Positions 59,374 through 64,000 of a stretch of DNA of 64,000 bases are shown in pieces. The number at the start of each line of letters is the position of its first letter. The stretch's first letter is position 1. Made by a program: the position numbers and the translations under genes. This DNA comes from Octopus vulgaris (taxonomy: Eukaryota), in the NCBI GenBank assembly GCA_951406725.2, contig OX597820.1, positions 87,792,001 through 87,856,000 on the forward strand, in the 5' to 3' direction. The notes below the pieces were generated by a model. The model did not search any database and was not told the DNA's origin. It saw only the letters and a list, made by a program, of their open reading frames with translations.

Positions 59374-61964
59374 TTCTACATAATTACCCAGTCTGCTAGA
59401 AATAGCAGTTAAATCTCCCTCATATCACACTAGACGTCTTTTAAAAAAAGGACACACTGGATAATGTAGTCCTAGATACACAGTGTCTATGTAGAAGATG
59501 GATTGGTTAAAGTTGCAATACCTTTGATCATAAATCTGTTCGACCGAGGATCATCTGGAATTAAACATCACCAAAGAGTGGATTGTTTGCCAGTGTCATT
59601 TGTTCTTGAACCCACTGGAAACGCCAGTCAGATGACACTTCGTTCGACAGAAGACGACGAAATGCGTATTATTTTCCCATTTTTTAAACGGAAATTGTAA
59701 TTCGAACAAATAAATAAATAGAAAAGACACACAGAAAGAAAGGAAGGGAGAAAAAAGAGAGAATTTCGGTTCGTGAACTTGCCTCCTGTATTCGCCAGTT
59801 GAAATGAAAATATTCGGTTTTTGCTCTCCTCATTTATTTCTAATTCACTTATTAATGACTCGTGCATTAAGTATGTTAATACTCCTTCACACCTCCCATT
59901 TCCGACTTTTTTCCCCCAAAATTTCTTCAGATCTCTGTGTTTTCGATATAGGAGAATACGATGATGCCCCCAAATCACGTTTTCAAAATTTTAATTTCAC
60001 CCCTCCCTACCCCAATTTATTAATTTTTAACTTTTTTTCAATTTTTTTTTTTATCCACGAAGAAAAATATAGAGATTACAAATCTGGGAATTTTTTTTAA
60101 AGAAACACTCAATGCTCCTCCCTCATCTTCGCCTGTTAATACTAAACTTAAAGGTACGTTTGGTCCTCTCTTTTAACACAGTAAATAAACAAACACTTTC
60201 ACTGAAAGTTTAAGAAGTTAAAATCCATTCAATCACCACAGAAATATATGCGTTTTTGTAAAAACAATAAATGAAGAAATCGTTGGAGAAAAAAGTTCCT
60301 CCTGATCAAAGATGACTTTCGATTAATTTGAAAGAAAAGAATGATTCTTATTATCAATTAAATTCAGTTTTAACAAATTTAATAATTGCTCAAGGGACGT
60401 AACTCTATAATACAAAAGTATATGTAGGGTTTTCCTTGTTTTCTTGATTTCCTGGCTCATTGGCGCAGTTCGCACGGAAAATTAAAATATTGAGAAATAT
60501 TGTCTATCTTGTTTTATAAATTACACTTAACACAACAAAATTGTGAATAACATGTTTTTCGAGATATTCAAGCATTTTATAAAAGTGTTATAAAGCTGAG
60601 TGGGTACAGCATGGAATTGGCTGCTTCGTGATGTTTATTCCGTCTGCTCTCTGATTTCCAATCTGGACAAGGTCATCTTAGCCTTTCATCCTTTGGACGT
60701 CGATTAAAATATATATATATATATCAATCTACTGCGGTGGATTGGTAGACAGAGCTGTTAGAACGTCGTGTGATAATTCTACCAGCTCCTAAGGTGGCGA
60801 GCTGGCAGAATTGTTAGCACGCCAGAAAAAATGCTTAGCAGTATTTCGTCTGTCCTTACATTCTGAGTTCAAAGGATCCGACAGATTTTTTAATTAATTT
60901 TTTTTTTAACTAAATACTTTGAAACTTCAGATACTGATAGAATGTGTTACATAGAACAGTTTTAACGTTTTTGACAAAAAATTTTAATTTTAGAAGTTAA
61001 TTCATGCTAAAGTTGTCGGATTTCGGTAATTTTAACCAATCAATGACGTGTATTCAGCTGAATAAAATTACTGCTGCTGTTTGCGAACAACAACTTCAGG
61101 GTTCACCCCCCCTAACAAAACCCTTCTTTAATAACCAGAGATATTTTTGTAGCAATAAAGGTTGTGGTTGCATGACCTGCTGGAAAAAGTAGGCAAACTT
61201 TTTTTTATATACAGAATAGAAAAACCTCTATCCTGTGATATACACGTAGAGTTCATTATGTCTGGGAAGAAAGACGGAATGCTCACAGTTAGGACGTCTT
61301 TGATTATATCTGTTCAATCGGATTCAACTCGGGACTAAACAACAAGCGACAAAGAGAACGAGAGAGCCTTTATCTGGTCGCTCAAGTTGCTAGAAAGAGC
61401 AACCAAATCTTCCTGACAAAAAAAAAAAAAACTGAAATTTCCGTCTTCAAGAAATAAAAAACACAAGTTTATATCATTTTATAATGTTCGCTTAGGAATT
61501 CATTACTTCTAGAAAAGAATAAGACAAAATGGTTATGGTTGGAACGTCTTTTCTCGCAGATCCATTACAATCAGAGCTATCCCGTGGTTAAAACAATGTT
61601 CTTCACTGAATGGTGAAGCAGCTAAAGTTAAAGAAGAAAAGTTGAAAGAATAAAAGATAGCAAGTATCCATATTCCAAATATTGGGATTCCCTTATAAAA
61701 TAATATAAACTTCCATTATTTTTTCTTTTCTTGAAGACGGAAATTTCATTTTTCTTTTTGTCAGCTTAAAGCTACCACTTTTCATCTAGTTTACTTCGGT
61801 GTGGGATTCCTGAAACAGCCTTTTCATCCAGCACGTTGTACCAACGAAGAGATTAGATATTGGAATCAGTTTTGTTGGAAGGGAGACAGTTAATGGTGTA
61901 TAGTGTTGCTCAGTGAGTGGTTTGAAATTTGAAAGTAAGTAATTGGTTTCACACGCATGATGTA

Positions 61965-62585
61965 CGTCAGTGGATCCCTTAGGTTCCAATTTTACTCGGA
62001 TAGAACCTCATAGCCATTTGATGTATATATATATTAAAAAAATCCTACTGTATTTTTATAATTAAATATTTTTAGTAATTGTATAAAAAAAATTAAAATA
62101 TTTTGTAGATTGTAGAAATATAATAGGCGCAGGAGTGGCTGTGTGTTAAGTAGCTTGCTAACCAACCACATGGTTCCGGGTTCAGTCCCACTGCGTGGCA
62201 TCTTGGGCAAGTTTCTTCTGCTATAGCCCCGGGCAGACCAATGCCTTGTGAGTGGATTTGGTAGACGGAAACTGAAAGAAGCCTGTCGTATATATGTGTT
62301 TGTGTGTCTGTGTTTGTCCCCTTAGCATTGCTTGACAACCGATGCTGGTGTGTTTACGTCCCCGTCACTTAGCGGTTCGGCAAAAAGAGACCGATAGAAT
62401 AAGTACTGGGCTTACAAAGAATAAGTCCCGGGGTCGATTTGCTCGACTAAAGGCGGTGCTCCAGCATGTCCGCAGTCAAATGACTGAAACAAGTAAAAGA
62501 GTATATAAGCAATTTATTGCACATAAATTTTAAAATATCCTATGGACTCCCAAGCGCCATGTGGGCTCCAGTTGAAAATCACTAC
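61965..62585. mobile_element. Third degenerate copy of the hAT MITE, interrupted by a SINE (62125-62502)
   Basis: Matches the internal sequence of 11894-12153 on both sides of the SINE. Confidence 0.6.
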
Positions 62586-62786
62586 GTGATTGTTGAACCT
62601 GCTAGAAATAGAAACTAATTCTTTTTAATATCGCACAGGCGTCTCAGAAAATGGAGGGAAATATCGGACAAGCACTGTTTGAACAAAGTATGGCATGGTA
62701 ATAGAAGGAATGTTTTTAGTCTTGTATGCTGGATTAAGGCTGATCTAAGACTAAACGATGTTGCAGGAAGCATCAGCTACGACGAC

Positions 62787-63105
62787 AAAGTAAGAAAACA
62801 GCACAGCTCCCATGACTTCAGGAAATATTTTTTCACGCTGAGAGTTGCTGAAGCTTGGAACAAACTGCCGGCATCGGTTGTTAGTTGTCGGAGCACTGCA
62901 TCCTTCAAAACTTCCATGCTTCCTGAGATTCGCCAACACTACACTTGATTTTCTCCCCTCCATACACACACAAGCATGTATCTAACTCATACATTGTTCG
63001 CTTTCCAGACATTTCTACATTACTGCATGTACTTTATATGCACTTTCTGACAAGTTGTGGTGCACCTGAGCACTGTATACAATAATTTCATTATTATTAT
63101 TATTT
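62787..63105 (+). mobile_element. CR1/L2-type LINE 3' end
   Basis: [32 protein letters not shown], then 3' UTR and (ATT)n tail. Confidence 0.85.
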
Positions 63106-63740
63106 TTTTTATAAAAGAAAAAGGCAATTCCTATTATCTCCCTTGCATTGAATAACTGAATCTACTTAGCAACTTCTACTTTAAAGGTTTGAGCTACCCA
63201 ACAAATTCAGCATCATCGTTAACCCATTAAGACACAGTATCCTAAAATAGGACAGCCAGAAAATTATACAATACCAAGTATTTATTTTAATTTCACTTTC
63301 CACTAGTTTCTAACTTACATGGATCAAAATATAATCATTCTTTCATCATTTTTTCTTTCATACTGATTGTTTTTGTTTTTTTTAATTGTAGTATGAAAAT
63401 TAATTTTCATGTATAACTAGTTTAAAACTTGATTTCAATCCTGCAAGCTGAATACAACTTTGATAAAGACTAGCCTTTTCTCAAGCCTGTAAATTAATTT
63501 ACAAATGAACGTCTTGAAATTATCTCCCCCTTTCTTTGAGAGTTACCACCCAGTTGACGGTTGATTTTCTTTTCCTCCTTCAAATTTTTTACCTTTTTCT
63601 TTTCCAGTCGTTGGATTGTAGCAATGAATGAGGCACCGCCTTAAAGCTTCTAATTGAACAATTTGACTTCAATACTTACATTTCAAGTCTGATATTTTTC
63701 TTGCGATCTCATTTGTCGAACAGCTAAGTTACGGGTACAT

Positions 63741-63798
<58 letters not shown>

Positions 63799-64000
63799 GT
63801 GCATGCACTCATGCATATATATATACATATATGCATGTATGTATAAATAGATAGATAGTACTGATCATCACTGGTAACGTCTATATCAATAGTAGTACAA
63901 ACCAGGGTATGGAGTATGCTAGATTTGATAGAGTGCAGATCAGGTAGAACTTAACACATGCTGCAATGATGCAATGCATACACTACCGTGTACCAGGCAA

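Larger units (their letters stand above)
57940..62760 (+). repeat. Cluster of old degenerate copies of a ~180-bp interspersed repeat (CTGCTAGAAATAGCAGCCAAAT...GGATAATGTAGTCCTAGATAC...GGTCATGGTTGGAATGCCTTTGATCA)
   Basis: Copies near 57950, 58120, 58280, 59390, 61180, 61385 and 62595, also at about 12840, 35420, 52340 and 52840; family unassigned. Confidence 0.55.

Overview
AT-rich, repeat-dense eukaryotic genomic DNA. The tRNA-derived SINEs, RTE/CR1 LINE ends, Penelope-like remnants and long TA/TACA/CA microsatellites look like a coleoid cephalopod (Octopus-like) genome; this is inference from repeat style. Two convergent multi-exon genes can be assembled by hand with GT-AG junctions and consistent intron phases. 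(1) Minus strand 55238->28648: USP39/SAD1 (U4/U6.U5 tri-snRNP pseudo-deubiquitinase), 14 coding exons, 511 aa. (2) Plus strand 6522->22039: a 10-exon gene essentially invisible in the ORF track, encoding an unrecognised 259-aa secreted protein. It has a signal peptide plus four tandem 6-Cys modules (C-x6/7-C-x15/17-C-x8-C-x5-C-x14/15-C), each encoded by an exon pair, in A-B-A'-B' order. This is the best candidate for an undescribed system. The window also holds several minimal hammerhead-ribozyme motifs in Penelope-like remnants, one of them inside a 158-bp palindrome. Other elements are a full-length decayed mariner, Helitron, hAT and Gypsy remnants, MITEs with target-site duplications, and a SINE family with interchangeable 3' tails. 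All calls were made by eye; no database search was possible.
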